The notes beneath the pieces were generated by a model. The model saw only the letters and a program-made list of their open reading frames with translations, was not told the DNA's origin and made no database searches. The position numbers were made by a program, and so were the translations under genes. Positions 51,480-63,655 of a DNA stretch of 64,000 nucleotides are shown piece after piece. Positions within the stretch are counted from its first letter, which is position 1; every line of letters begins with the position of its first letter. This DNA comes from Epiperipatus broadwayi (lineage: Eukaryota > Animalia > Onychophora), in contig JAQFVV010000002.1 in assembly GCA_028023455.1 (NCBI GenBank), positions 13,578,001-13,642,000 of the forward strand, in the 5' to 3' direction.

Positions 51480-51875
51480 CAGGGGTCCCCAACCTTTTTG
51501 CACTTAAGAGCACATTCTATAATACCGGCCATATGGCGGGCACCATTTATTTTTTCCACTAGGTGGCGGGCACCATTTATTTTTTCAATGTAAATTTATA
51601 GTTGGATATTGTTAATAATACACATAATGTACAAAAAAATATTTATTTCAAAAATAACATTTTAACGTAAATAACGTTTATATTTTTACGCTATAAAAGT
51701 ATAGTATTCCCTACAATTTGATTACAATATAATACAATAATTTATAAGAGATTTTAAAAATTAAATTTATTTGTATCAGATAAATAATTTTTTATCGTGT
51801 TCGGATAGCGGCGGACACACATAAAATGGTCTGCGGGCGCCATGGTGCCCGCGGGCATAGGGTTGGGGACCCCTG
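51480..51875. mobile_element. hAT MITE (396 bp), same family as 34145-34453
   Basis: TIRs caggggtccccaacc / ggttggggacccctg; flanks ttacagga / ttctagga (6/8); internal tandem duplication of ggcgggcaccatttatttttt. Confidence 0.92.
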
Positions 51876-54800
51876 TTCTAGGAGTATAGAAGTATCACGT
51901 TTTTTTTAGAAAGTATTGGCTTTGTAAAAATGTTGTTTTTATCTCTGTAGAAGAAGGAAATAATTATCAAGAAATGGCATAACTTCATATATGAGGCTGG
52001 GAGGAGGGGCAAAATTTTAAGTGGACTCATAATATATATACTGTATTATAAATATCAAGTAATATTAAAAACGAATTATGGTTGATTTACAGTTATGTAG
52101 AATTCTGCAATAGACAATTAACTTTTAAAATTATTAACTATACATAACTGCATAAAAGAAATAGTAATAAAAAACAAGCAAAATTGAAACGAAATTATAG
52201 TCATTCAGCTGATTATTTATTTACATTGGGTCAGAAATAGCTATAATATTTGACAGACAATAATTTGTATTGCCTACAGGATGATTTATAAATTATTATA
52301 CAATCTGCTCATTTCCTTTTCGTAGAAATGATTTAGCCGCATTCTTTATATTTATAATAATGGATAATTGTAGAGCTCTTTGGAGAATAGAAAATATATA
52401 AAATTTGCAATTACATATATATTAATTCAGGCCCTCGTAGTTTTGAGGTTTGTAGGCGTGCTTGTCCTCTGCTGTCAATGATTTTTATTTTTTGTTATTT
52501 TAATAATACAAAGCTAAAGTTATGAATTTTTTTTTTTTTAAAAAAAAAAAAAACTTGCCGTTTGAATGTGTATTATAGAAAACACATGTAGACGGAATTT
52601 TTTTTTATTGCTTTTATTATTGTTTGAGTTTATAAATAATTGCCTATGAGAGCATATATATATATACAAGGAAAAAAACTGTTCAAGCTGTAGCAAATTA
52701 CTGCCAATAATTAATTTGTTATCACTTGTTCATGTATAAACTCATCAGAGTTGTTAAGATTGGTTAAATCAGCCAAAAAAAAAAAAAAATCCTCCCTTCC
52801 CTTTTAACTCCAATATTTATGTTTTGATAATCTGGCAAGGACTTAATTTATATATATTAGTTGCTTTATTACAAAGGACAGTATTTGTAATGAGATGTAT
52901 TAGTATTTTTTTTAAAAAAAATTCATATAAACTTTTTATTTTGTTTTTAAATGTTACTTTTCCATGTTGTTACTAAGTTATTGTTGTACTTTATTATTAT
53001 TGTTTTAGTAAAAAAAAAAGGTAAAAATATGTATATATTCATGATCTCTACAAAGTGGAGTTATTCTGTATACTGTCATATTTATGAGGATTAAATTTTT
53101 TGTTATTATACAAATTTAATTATTGAGCTTTTTTTTTTTTTTAATTCCAAGTTGATTTAGCAATATCTTCATTTTTAAATTATATATTAAAAAAGCTTAT
53201 AAAGAAATAATAGATCAATGAAGATAATACTAAGATAATTCATTGCAGGCATATACTACTTCAGTGGTCTGGTCAGGACATAAACGTTAAGTTTAATCAT
53301 TTGGCTGATTTTTATTATTATTTCATTTATATTAAAGATGATAAAAAGAAAAATTGCATTTGTACATTACATTTCACAATTTTATATTGTGATTATTTTG
53401 TGTAAATCTATTACAGAAATTAACATACCTAAATAAGCAGTAGACTAAATCATTGAAACTATTGAATGTTTTTTTTTTTTTATATCCTAATTTCTATTAA
53501 ATATGGAAAAAATTGTAAGATTTGTATATAATTTTGTTTTATTGAGTAATGTATAAATGCGGAATAATAAAAAATTTGAAAATGATTTTTGTTTTAATAT
53601 TTATACATACATTAACATAGTTATATACATCACATAAAAATCATATCCTTATTCATAATCTTCCAAGAACAGACTATTTCAAAACCATCTACTGTAAGCA
53701 TAATTAATATCATGGTATAGTGATATAGTATGCAAACCTGGTATTCAGCTAAATTTACCCAATGCTGTAACTATGCCACTTAGCAATATATGGAGATGTC
53801 TATGTAGTAATTAGAATTGTAGTAATAATTAATTTCTATGATAAGCTATTGACTAAAATATGGTTTTATAGTTATATATATTTTCAGTAAAACATTAAAA
53901 GGCAAAAATTTCAAAAAGAAAAGACACAATAGTTGTTGATTAACTCTTGAAAATTCCAAATTCATTAGAGAAGGCGAAGCAACACTGAAATTCTGTAGTA
54001 TGTTATAATACATCTTATGATGTAAAAAGCTCATTAAAAACTATTGAGTAGTTCTGGAGAATATGTTAAAATAAATTTGTAATTGTTTGAAGGGATGATT
54101 AGCAAATGCAAACTATCAACAATGAGAAAATGTTACTGCTTGGTCATAGTACTGTATTAACTACATCTGGCTTTGAGGAGAAAATTTTATATATTTATAA
54201 AGTATACAAATCGTATGTATTTTTGGAATGAAAAGTTAATTTTTAAAAAAAGTATGAAGAAGATATTACTTTTAGCTACATATGTAATTGTAAGTTTTTG
54301 ATTTTGACAATGCACCATTTATATTTCGCTCAATCCTATCGCAACCATCCATCAACCCAGAAGTCAGACCCACCTCCCACACTACAGATACATTAGGAAC
54401 ATATATACATAATTATAAATAAATATTCTAATTCATTCACAATTTACATATTTATATACTATACATGTTGGTTTAGCAGTTATGTAAACTAGAATGATAG
54501 TACAATATCCATATTCTTAGTAGTTCCTGACTATAACCTATGCTTATGTTTTTTGAGTGAATACTGCTCTTAAACGCACATCATTATATATATCATTTTT
54601 AGCAGCCATTTATAAATGAATGTAGACTCTCTAACTCCAGAGGAAGAAAAAATAGAAGAGACAAGTTAGAATTATTATATACATCATTAAAGGATTGGAA
54701 TATTGCACAACACTTTTGTTATAGTTAAGGCAGAGAATGGATGATGACAGCCTTATACTAATTTATGTGAAGTAAAAGAAAATGGAAATATATGTATAGA

Positions 54801-54945
54801 ACCATTAAATATTTGTTAATATGAGACATGTTTTCAAAGTATATAAGTGCAAATTCCATTGAAAGAGCCAATCCAACTGATGATGAAAATTTTAATTTGA
54901 GAAAAATTAATTTACTTAATAAAAGAAAATTCTCAATAATGTTGA

Positions 54946-55345
54946 CACAATTTTTAAAGAAATGCTATAATGGCTTTGATAAAATTAGATGTGCTGCTAA
55001 TAACCAGCTTGGAGAATAAGGATCTTAACTCAATTAGATTGCTGAGTAACTTAACTATAACAATCAGAAAAATGCATGCCATCAATAATATTCACACAAT
55101 TTGGAGAGCAGTAATAATAACCATAACATAGCCTCCAAGGCAGAAGACTTAAATACAATTTTGAAAGAAATGCTATAATAGTTTTGATAAAATTAGATGT
55201 GCTAATATTAACCAGCTCGAAGAATAAGTCCCAAAGAATCTTAATTAGGTTGCTATGACAAAAAAAAGTGCAAGCCATCAATAATATTCACAGAATTTGG
55301 AGAGCAGTAATAATAACCATTATATAACCTCCAAGGCAGAAGATT
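54946..55345. repeat. Diverged tandem duplication, period ~208 bp
   Basis: aaagaaatgctataat at 54956 and 55164; ttggagagcagtaataataacca and cctccaaggcagaaga occur in both copies. Confidence 0.88.
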
Positions 55346-55699
55346 TTAATAATAAATATTTGTTTAAATTTATAAAATAAAATAAAAAACATCCTAGGCA
55401 TAATCCCTTTAATAATTCACAAATTACAATTTTCAGTTAATATTTTTTTTTGAGAATTCTAAGATCATTTTCTCAAGAAGTTTGGGAAAATAATAATTTG
55501 TTCAATATTTTTTTTTATGTTTTTAAATTTATATAAAATGTTCTTTTTTTTTTAGGTATAAAAATATTTTTAAAGCAGAGGTAACTTTTATTTGATCTAG
55601 TTTTAGTAATTGAACATTTGACTCATTTCAACTTTTTAACTGAGCAAGCAGATCAATAATGAATATTAGTTTTATTTTTAAAAAAATGAAATAGCAAAT

Positions 55700-56700
55700 T
55701 GCGTTAACTCCAAACAGATATTCACAAACTTCTGCAACATGCTTGCATATGTATTTGGAACTAGAACATTCAATAAATTGAGGATCAATGCATACATTCA
55801 CAAAAACAAAATCATGGACATTTTTATCTGAACTAGTCTCCCTATCGTGAGATAAATTGTTAATATGCTTGCAATAAAAGGTGGAATTATTTCACAATTG
55901 TGTAAAAGTGAATTCATACAGAATAGCTTAAGATTGCTCGGTTTTCCTTTTGGCAATGCATTGAAGGTAATATATGATTTCTAAATCCAAATTAAAGCTG
56001 AGACTATCAACAATATTAAAAAGATGAAATTGGAAAATAAAAAAAAGTACATTAATTGATGGATGGATACATTAAAAGCCATAAGTATTTAAATATACAT
56101 TACAGCAATGGGATTCGGACAATCTTAACTTGGTAAGAGTTGATGGTATTTGCACATTAGATATAATCCTGAAATTGGTTGATGAAAACTTAAGATTTTG
56201 GATTAAATTGTGAAAAAGATATGACGGTCATAACTGATGAAATAATGTAATGCTTAAATTTGAGAATTGTCATATACCAAGCCACAGCTATCATGTCTCT
56301 ATTTTGTTAAAAAATTGAAAGAAATATATGAAGAATCAGTTTATTTTGATCATGAAATGACTAATCCAAATGATGATGATGCATATTGACATATTTTTGA
56401 AGAATAATTTCTATCTAATTGAAATCAAAAAATTTGACAAATCATAAAACTAAAAATTATCCATGAAAAATGTAATATTACACAAATATATAATGGCTAG
56501 AGGAAAAAAAAAACTTGCTTTATGATTATTACAAGTAAAACAGTTTATATATTATGGTGAAATGATTATTAAGGATAACAGATTCCAATAAAATAGCTTT
56601 ACTGAAATTGAATAGGAGTCGTCTCTGGAGACCAGAAAACACAACCATAGCTACATTAATATATTAAACCTTGCTAAATTTGCTATAGAAGCTTTAACTC
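55700..56700 (+). mobile_element. Degenerate hAT-like transposase remnant
   Basis: IVNMLAIKGGIISQLCKSEFIQNSLRLLGF and an FAH-like remnant; heavily decayed. Confidence 0.4.
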
Positions 56701-56819
56701 TCAAAGAGTGAAAGGATATTGATTTTTTTTTTATTATAGGTTGACTGTTTCTTTACTAGTACTTGTTGCTATTCTCTACATATTAGCTAAACTATTAACA
56801 CATATAGAAATGTTTTATT

Positions 56820-58060
56820 CTCAATGACGTGTTTCCAGGGTTTAATTTTTAACTATTCTGTAAGGATCAACATTGAGTGCTTTATTTTTCATCACCTATA
56901 TCAACCGGTTTCTTGAACTAGAAGATCAACTACATGGCTTTCATGTCCCAATGATTAAATAGGGCTATGCAGCATATAACTTTGTGGATGTTTGTGTCAT
57001 CTTTCTCCCTCCAAGAAATATTTACAATCACTTATTTCTATTCTTGAAGGGTACAATGCTCATTTTAAACTCCAATTTAATCTTAATAAATCATCCACTT
57101 AGAATATACTCTGCCAAAGAATGTCGTCTCCCATTACTACACCCCCTCACAATTTTCTTGTCTTTCCTATCTATAAATCAATAAATGCCATGAGATTGTC
57201 AATTTAGAACTTGCTGCTCTTGTCTATTGAAAAAAATCATTTAACTCCTTATCCAAAGTATACCCTTCATACAAAAATTTCCAATCAACATCCTAATTTT
57301 TCTGAAAATGACCAATGCATATAAGAAGATAAATTAGCTTTGTTCCAAATTAATGGGGAATACCAAAGGTAATGGCCTCTCATTTCACTCGGTTCCTACA
57401 TTTTTCTTTTTATTTAACTCAATATTTGTGTACACTGATCCTATAAAATGTATCCAGATTACTCCTACTGATACACCCCCAAGTTTTTTCAATGCCTTAT
57501 TAAATGTGTTGCTGCTTATCTTGACCTGAATCAGCATTACTTTTCAAGGCAAATAATTTATTGGAAGACTTATAACATGACTCGTAATACTAAACAATCT
57601 CAACTATGGTCTCTGCTTAATCTCGATAAACAAATCAAATTTTGACATCTATAACCAAAATACTTTGCTTTCCTTATTAAAATCCAATCCAGATGCTAGG
57701 GACTCATTAATCACTATTTGTCGCAAAAAATAATATATGCTAACACTGTTTCTATCTGCTCTCTGTCATAAATAAGAAGAAACAATTCATTTTTTATTCC
57801 AATGTCCAGACCTTTTTGTATAATGACATCACGTACCAATCTTATAGATAGCATGAAGTCACTTCTTTTCCTCCATTGGAGTCACAATTTTTATCATGTT
57901 CACCCTTTGGATCCTGAGATGTCATTTTTGTTTTAACTTTACATCCACAACATTGCAGTTCTTGTTTTATAATCAGGTACTAAAATCAAAAATGGAGATG
58001 TGGCACTCCTCCCAATATCTACCATGTCACATAGAGCCTCATTAATTACTCTTTGTAAAA
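56820..58060 (+). mobile_element. L1/Tx1-like LINE remnant (RT + C-terminal zinc finger)
   Basis: GSTLSALFFITYIN (QGxPLS-like), AYNFVDVCVI (YADD position) and a C..LC...EETIHF.FQCP-like remnant near 57755-57810. Confidence 0.55.
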
Positions 58061-58296
58061 CTAGACTATAAACTGAGAAAATATATCAAAAATATCAATA
58101 GGCACACATGGTATAGCTATGTATTGGGAATTCTTTTTCTTTCTGACTATTTAATATGATTAAATTGCAAACATAAACCTTGTAATATCCATGAATATTT
58201 CTAACTAATATTTTTTTTTCAAACTGTCCAATATGTTAAACTTATAACCAAGTTAAAACAAAATAAAAGTTTTTTTTTTTTTTTTCATATGTCAAA

Positions 58297-58367
58297 GCAT
58301 TGACCGGGAAGCGAACCCAGACCAGTTGCTTGGAAGGCAGCTATGCTAACCACACGGCCACCAACGC
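58297..58367 (-). pseudogene. tRNA-Gly(TCC)-derived sequence (pseudogene or SINE head)
   Basis: gcgttggtggccgtgtggttagcatagctgccttccaagcaactggtctgggttcgcttcccggtcaatgc: TCC anticodon loop, acceptor stem with two GU pairs, an anticodon-stem mismatch and B-box GTTCGCTTCC (A to C). Confidence 0.8.
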
Positions 58368-59112
58368 TTGACTTACTTTTTAAAAGTAAAATTTCTTCAA
58401 AATTAACAAAAAGTCTTTTCCGCTTCATAATTATCATTAAATTAATTAAAATCTATAAATAAAGATTATTCTAAAATAATTGTGCAGATTAGTATGAATA
58501 TTACAATTCAGCATGACATAAGAAGATTAAATAAATGCCGCAATTTATTTAGAACAATTGAATGAATCTACAAACTAGCTTAAACATTGTCAATTAACAA
58601 CTAATATTTTTCTCATTGACAAAGGAATTTATTTAAAGCAAACAGAAAATTAACATCAAATTTGGTAAACTTTAAATCAGCTTTGATGACAAGCTTACAT
58701 CAACACAAAACAAACGGAATTTTTCAATTTCAGGCCATATTGTATCCAAAATAGAATCCAATCGAATTATATGTTTTTAAATTAAGAATTGTGTTACATT
58801 TTCATTTCTACATAATGGATCTTTTGACTGGAATAAATTTTAAATAATAGAGACTGAAGTTGTTAAAGAATTTGTTTTTTTTTTTTTGGTTTTTATTATA
58901 CATTTTGGATAATAATTTTTGAAATCAAACATATGCTTTTTATTATATATTTTATGTCGGTTATGTGAAATAGATTTTTTAATAACACAATCAGACTGAG
59001 AAGTACATATTTTTTTAATATATATATATTATCAATAAATCGTAATTATATATTTTCATGTTAGAATTATAATATTAAAGACAATAAGGATATATTGCAA
59101 CATGTTCAAGAT

Positions 59113-59602
59113 TGTGCTCATATACCCTATATATTACATATATAGCCACAAGAATATAATAAGCCTGTGTGTTTCAGTTATTACACAGTAGAGATGTCTG
59201 ACCATTCCTTGTATATGTATTAAATGGATTATGTCCTGTACATAAGGGTCAGAATGACCTTAGGTCAACATGGGTGTGACAAGAATCTCAGCCTCAGGGT
59301 GGTCTTTGAGCATTCCATCAGATTTTCAATTGGATGGACGGTTGAAGAATTGGAGTGTGGAGTAGATTGAAGCCTGTCCATTAAAGTATGAGAATTGGCT
59401 ATCTTAATATATATATTTGAGCACTGTGTAGAAATGGTAATCTGGACCAACTGATGATTTCTGGTTTAGCATGAAATACGTATATTGATGATTATTTATC
59501 TTTTCAACATATATGTGTTCAAGTGTATCAGTATTATGAGATAGTGTGGAGAGTGGTGGGTCGTGTGAAAGTCTGTGCTCATATACCCTATATATTAAAT
59601 AT
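59113..59602 (+). mobile_element. FamB: one 461-bp monomer plus ~24-bp terminal redundancy
   Basis: tgtgctcatataccctatatatta at 59113 and 59574; HHR motif at 59446-59489. Confidence 0.88.
59446..59489 (+). ncRNA. Minimal type I hammerhead motif (FamB), core intact, helix II eroded
   Basis: accaa ctgatga tttct(ggttt)agcat gaaa tacgta ta|ttgat. Confidence 0.7.
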
Positions 59603-59760
59603 CTAATATAATTATTCAACCTTTTATTGTATATATTACTTTCATTTTTAGTTTAGATATGTGTATGTATTTCTTATTTACATATTTTATTTGTAATTTA
59701 CATTCATTTTAATAAATATTTGAAAATCAGGCACTCTTCACAAACCTGGGAGCTTAATTG

Positions 59761-60411
59761 TAAGTATAGAGGATTTGAACTCAGATTTTCAAGCACCCTT
59801 CAACTATCCACACTATCTCATACAACTGATACACATGACCACACACATGTAGAAAAGATTTCATGCTAAACCAGCACTCATCAGTTGGTCCAGACTATCA
59901 TCTCTCACACATATATATAATCAATGCCCAGTTTATATTAAGATAGCAAATGTTCATACTTCAATGGACAGTCTTCAATCTACTGCAACTTCCAACTTTT
60001 CAGTCATGATAATGAAAACTCAAATTCCATGCTGATGCCAACATTACTGCCATGCCCATGTTGACCTGAAATCACTCTGACCTCTCATGTATAGGTCAAC
60101 ATGGGCATGGCAATAATGTTGACATGGGATTTGAGTTTTCATCATCAGATTTTCAATGATATGGATGGCTGAAAAGTTGGAGGTTGCAGTGGATTGAAGC
60201 CTGTCCATTGAAGTATGAACATTTGCTATCTTAATATAAACTGAGCATTGATTATATATGTGTGTGAGAGATGATAGTCTGGACCAACTGATGAGTGCTG
60301 GTTTAGCATGAAATCTTTTCTACATGTGTGTGGTCATGTGTATCAGTTGTATGAGATAGTGCGGATAGTTGAAGGGTGCTTGAAAATCTGAGTTCAAATC
60401 CTCTATACTTA
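59761..60411. mobile_element. FamB fold-back (minus arm 59761-60067, plus arm 60093-60411)
   Basis: Outer ~190 bp almost identical; both arms read ccaactgatgagtgctggtttagcatgaaat-cttttc, i.e. both lack helix III and the cleavage site. Confidence 0.93.
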
Positions 60412-61059
60412 TTCATTTTAATAAGTAATTTGTAATTTAACATAGAACTTGATTCTGCAGTAATTGACGATTGTTTTTAATTATTACAAAATGTTTAATT
60501 TTAATATCTGAAAAACAATATCTTTTGAAGTTTGATCAAACTTTAGGAGAAAAATATGTTAATATTATATTGGTTGAAAATGTATATATTCCTCTATTCA
60601 TACATTTAATATGCTTAACATTTGATGTAATAGCATTTTATAAATATTATTTAAAAAAAATTAATACTGCATTTATTATTTGGGCAATATGATGGTTTCT
60701 CTTTTGCGGTTTCTTATTTAATTCATTAAATTTTACCGTTAAATTAATAAAAAAATCCAAAATAAAATATTAAAAAAATTTGTGTTGTAAGTTAAGATTC
60801 ATTCTTGAACATTTGAAACTTCTTTACCTGAAGCAATGACTGCTCAAGTATTTACTGTATTAAACAATCGTACTTCTGTGTGAATAAGATTACCAAATTT
60901 TGCATTCTCTTTTTATAAAAATAATTTGATGCATTTCTTATAAAATTTATGTTGAGATAGTATTACTTTTGCACAAAACATTTCCTGGTGAAAAATGCAA
61001 TGAAGTGACACAAATATCAGGAATAAGTTATCTTGCTTGCATAAATCATTGACATATAG

Positions 61060-61549
61060 CAGGGGTGGGTAAATAGCGGCCCGAGGGCCACATGCGGCCA
61101 GCTAAGAGTTTTTATGTGACCTGCCAAGACAATCAGAAAAATCCGCTTTGAACTGAGATTTCCTTCCTGTGTGCAACCGAAGATTCATCTCGTATTTTCC
61201 ACTAGGATGACCACATCAATACACATGCGCAGTGTAAATACGATGTGCAGTGCTATTCCAGTTGATTTGGTTAATTCAAATTTCTTAGCATTAGCAAATA
61301 TATATATTTCCAACTTTAGTTAAACCATGACCCTCTGAAAAAATGTAAAATTGGTTATGAATGTCGCATGTTTAATGGAGAATGGACAAACAAATATATC
61401 TTTGGTAATACAGAGAATAAAGCAGTGTGTTTATCATGTCATGAAAAAAAGGTGCAGCCCTCCACTAATGTTCGCTTCAACAAAGTGGCCCCTGATGCGG
61501 CCTCCATCAACCTCTGTGGTCCCCAAGCCAAAACAATTGCCCACCCCTG
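61060..61549 (+). mobile_element. Internally deleted hAT element (490 bp) retaining the transposase N-terminus
   Basis: TIRs caggggtgggtaa / ttgcccacccctg; TSD acatatag / acttatag (7/8); FNGEWTNKYIFGNTENKAVCLSC resembles the GTF2IRD2/Buster N-terminus. Confidence 0.9.
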
Positions 61550-61554
61550 ACTTA

Positions 61555-61960
61555 TAGGGTATTTTGAGCTCACACGGCCCTCAACTCTCCACACTATTTC
61601 TTACTATTGATACACTTTACCACATATTTGTTTAAAAGATAAATACAAATATATGTATTTTATGCTAAACCAGCACTCATCAGTTGGTCCAGATTATCAT
61701 CACATATATACAATAAATGATCAGATTTATATTAAGGTAGCCAACCTTCATACTTTAATGGACAGACTTCAATTCACTCTACTCTCCAACTCTTCAACCA
61801 TCCATCCTATTGAAAATCTGATGATGGAATGCTCAAAGCCACAATGATGCTGACATTTCATCACACCCAGGTTAAGCATAAGTCATTCTGACCCCTCATG
61901 TACAGGACATAATCCATTTAAGTACATATACTGGGCTGGGCAGACACATATAGCCTGTAT
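61555..61960 (-). mobile_element. FamB copy with hammerhead motif at 61645-61688
   Basis: Reverse complement reads accaa ctgatga gtgct(ggttt)agcat aaaa tacata ta tttgt. Confidence 0.85.
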
Positions 61961-61999
61961 GTTAGGTAATAAATCATTAACATAGATTAAAGTGAAATA

Positions 62000-63350
62000 G
62001 GAATGAATATAAAATTTACACAAGAAGTATACCAGTTATTAAACATAGTGAAAAGAATAAAAAAATGTATTCCTTCATCGCGCAATTTATCAAAATCATT
62101 AACTATTGTTATATGTCATACTAAAGGTATATTGGCAATGGTAAATGAAGAAAAAGTGACAGCATCATGTCTGATGCATCTATTGTACAAAAGCTAAAAA
62201 TTATAGAGGCAAACTGACATAACTCAGTATAAATGAGAAAAATAAATAATAAACGAAATCAAATGAGATTGAGACCTCAAATAAACCTTAGTAACAGATT
62301 TGATTCCTCCATCAGTAAACAAGCTTCTGTACATACCTTTATATTGATCTCTTTTATGAAAATAATGTGCTATAAAAACATGATCTGGCTGCTTCTTAAT
62401 AAAAAAAGTTTTTGTATCAGAAATGAAAGATAACAATAAGAAACAACATTAGAATTCAGGTAATATAAATACTAAAAAAATATATTAATAAATACAGGAT
62501 CAATTCCCCACATAATTAAAAAAGGCAATGCAATTAGTCATAAGAAAGTATTCGTGCAAAAGAAATATATATTGACAGATTATGCAATACAAGATTTTAA
62601 ATCAGCTTATAATATGGTGAATTGGACTTATCTATTAGAAGTATCAAATCAATTAGCTTCAGAAACATAATTATTGTTACAAGCAATAAAAAACACTGTC
62701 GAAAAATAGTAAAAAATTATTTAAAATGTTATAAAACTCTGTCTTTGTTGTTTACTTCAATTCAATTACTAAAAAAATAAAACAAGCACATCTTTAGGAA
62801 CATATATATTAATTACTGCTTTTGTAGCTGACTATTTATAATATTTCAAAGTACAAAAAATATTTAAGCTAAAAAAGAATATCTATGCTATCATGTATAC
62901 TCTTAACTCCAAATTAGAGAATTCCTCTATTTAGCCTGCTAAATTAGCAATCAAGCAACATATAGAAGATACTCATCCAATTATCAAGACACAAAAAAAA
63001 ACTTTCTTAATTATATCCTAAGTACAGCAAAAACAAGGATTAACTAACATCTGAACAAAATAATAATAGAAAAACAATGGCTTTTACGACAATTAAGCTT
63101 TATCATATTACCCATATCAAGATTTTCAATGCAAAAGCAATGAAAACAATAGTTTATTATACACCCTGATTATAATCTACTTAAGGTTTATCAATCATTG
63201 ATTGCAAAAAAAAAAAAATGCATCTGAGAAAATTTGTATTATATGTTGGACTATTTCCATTATCTAATCAAATTATTAAATGTTTTTAGAAAAATTCAGT
63301 TAGGTGATGGAAATAGTCCATAATTACATATAAAATTCTTATTAAAGAAA
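62000..63350 (+). mobile_element. Degenerate LINE RT remnant
   Basis: FVADYF at a YADD-like position and EFLYLA resembling FxYLG; weak. Confidence 0.25.
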
Positions 63351-63578
63351 TTCTTAGTATATATTATTTCTCTCAATAAGAGAAATTTTCTACATAATAG
63401 CACTCTACATTACTATAATACAAATTAAACATGTTAAACCACTGATATCAGAAATCCATTTAAGAAACAGGATAATAAAATTCAGATTTTCATTTTTCAG
63501 TGAACTAATCATAACTTTTTGATGTACAGGATGAATTTATGTGTGCATTCTCTAAATACAAAGTTTAAAGAAAATAAA

Positions 63579-63655
63579 GCATTGGCGACCTAGCAGTTAG
63601 CATAGCTATAGCTGCCCTCCAAGCAGCTGGCCCAGGTTTGCTTCCCAGTCAACGC
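63579..63655 (+). pseudogene. Second, more decayed tRNA-Gly-derived copy
   Basis: gcattggcgacctagcagttagcatagctatagctgccctccaagcagctggcccaggtttgcttcccagtcaacgc, with a 6-bp internal duplication; same tttgacatat 3' flank as the 58297 copy. Confidence 0.72.

Noticed and set aside
49756-53700. Specific 3'UTR motifs and poly(A) site of 4E-BP
   Set aside because: AATAAA and TGTA-type motifs are too frequent at this AT content to choose among without transcript data.
58297-58367. Functional tRNA-Gly gene
   Set aside because: Anticodon-stem mismatch, altered D-arm and T-loop, and similarity to a second decayed copy favour a pseudogene or SINE; tRNAscan-SE would settle it.
2301-62436. Most short ORFs in the supplied track
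   Set aside because: They are low-complexity AT-rich frames or fragments/antisense frames of the repeats described above (e.g. the 46076, 59265, 59404 and 61653 ORFs are FamB sequence).
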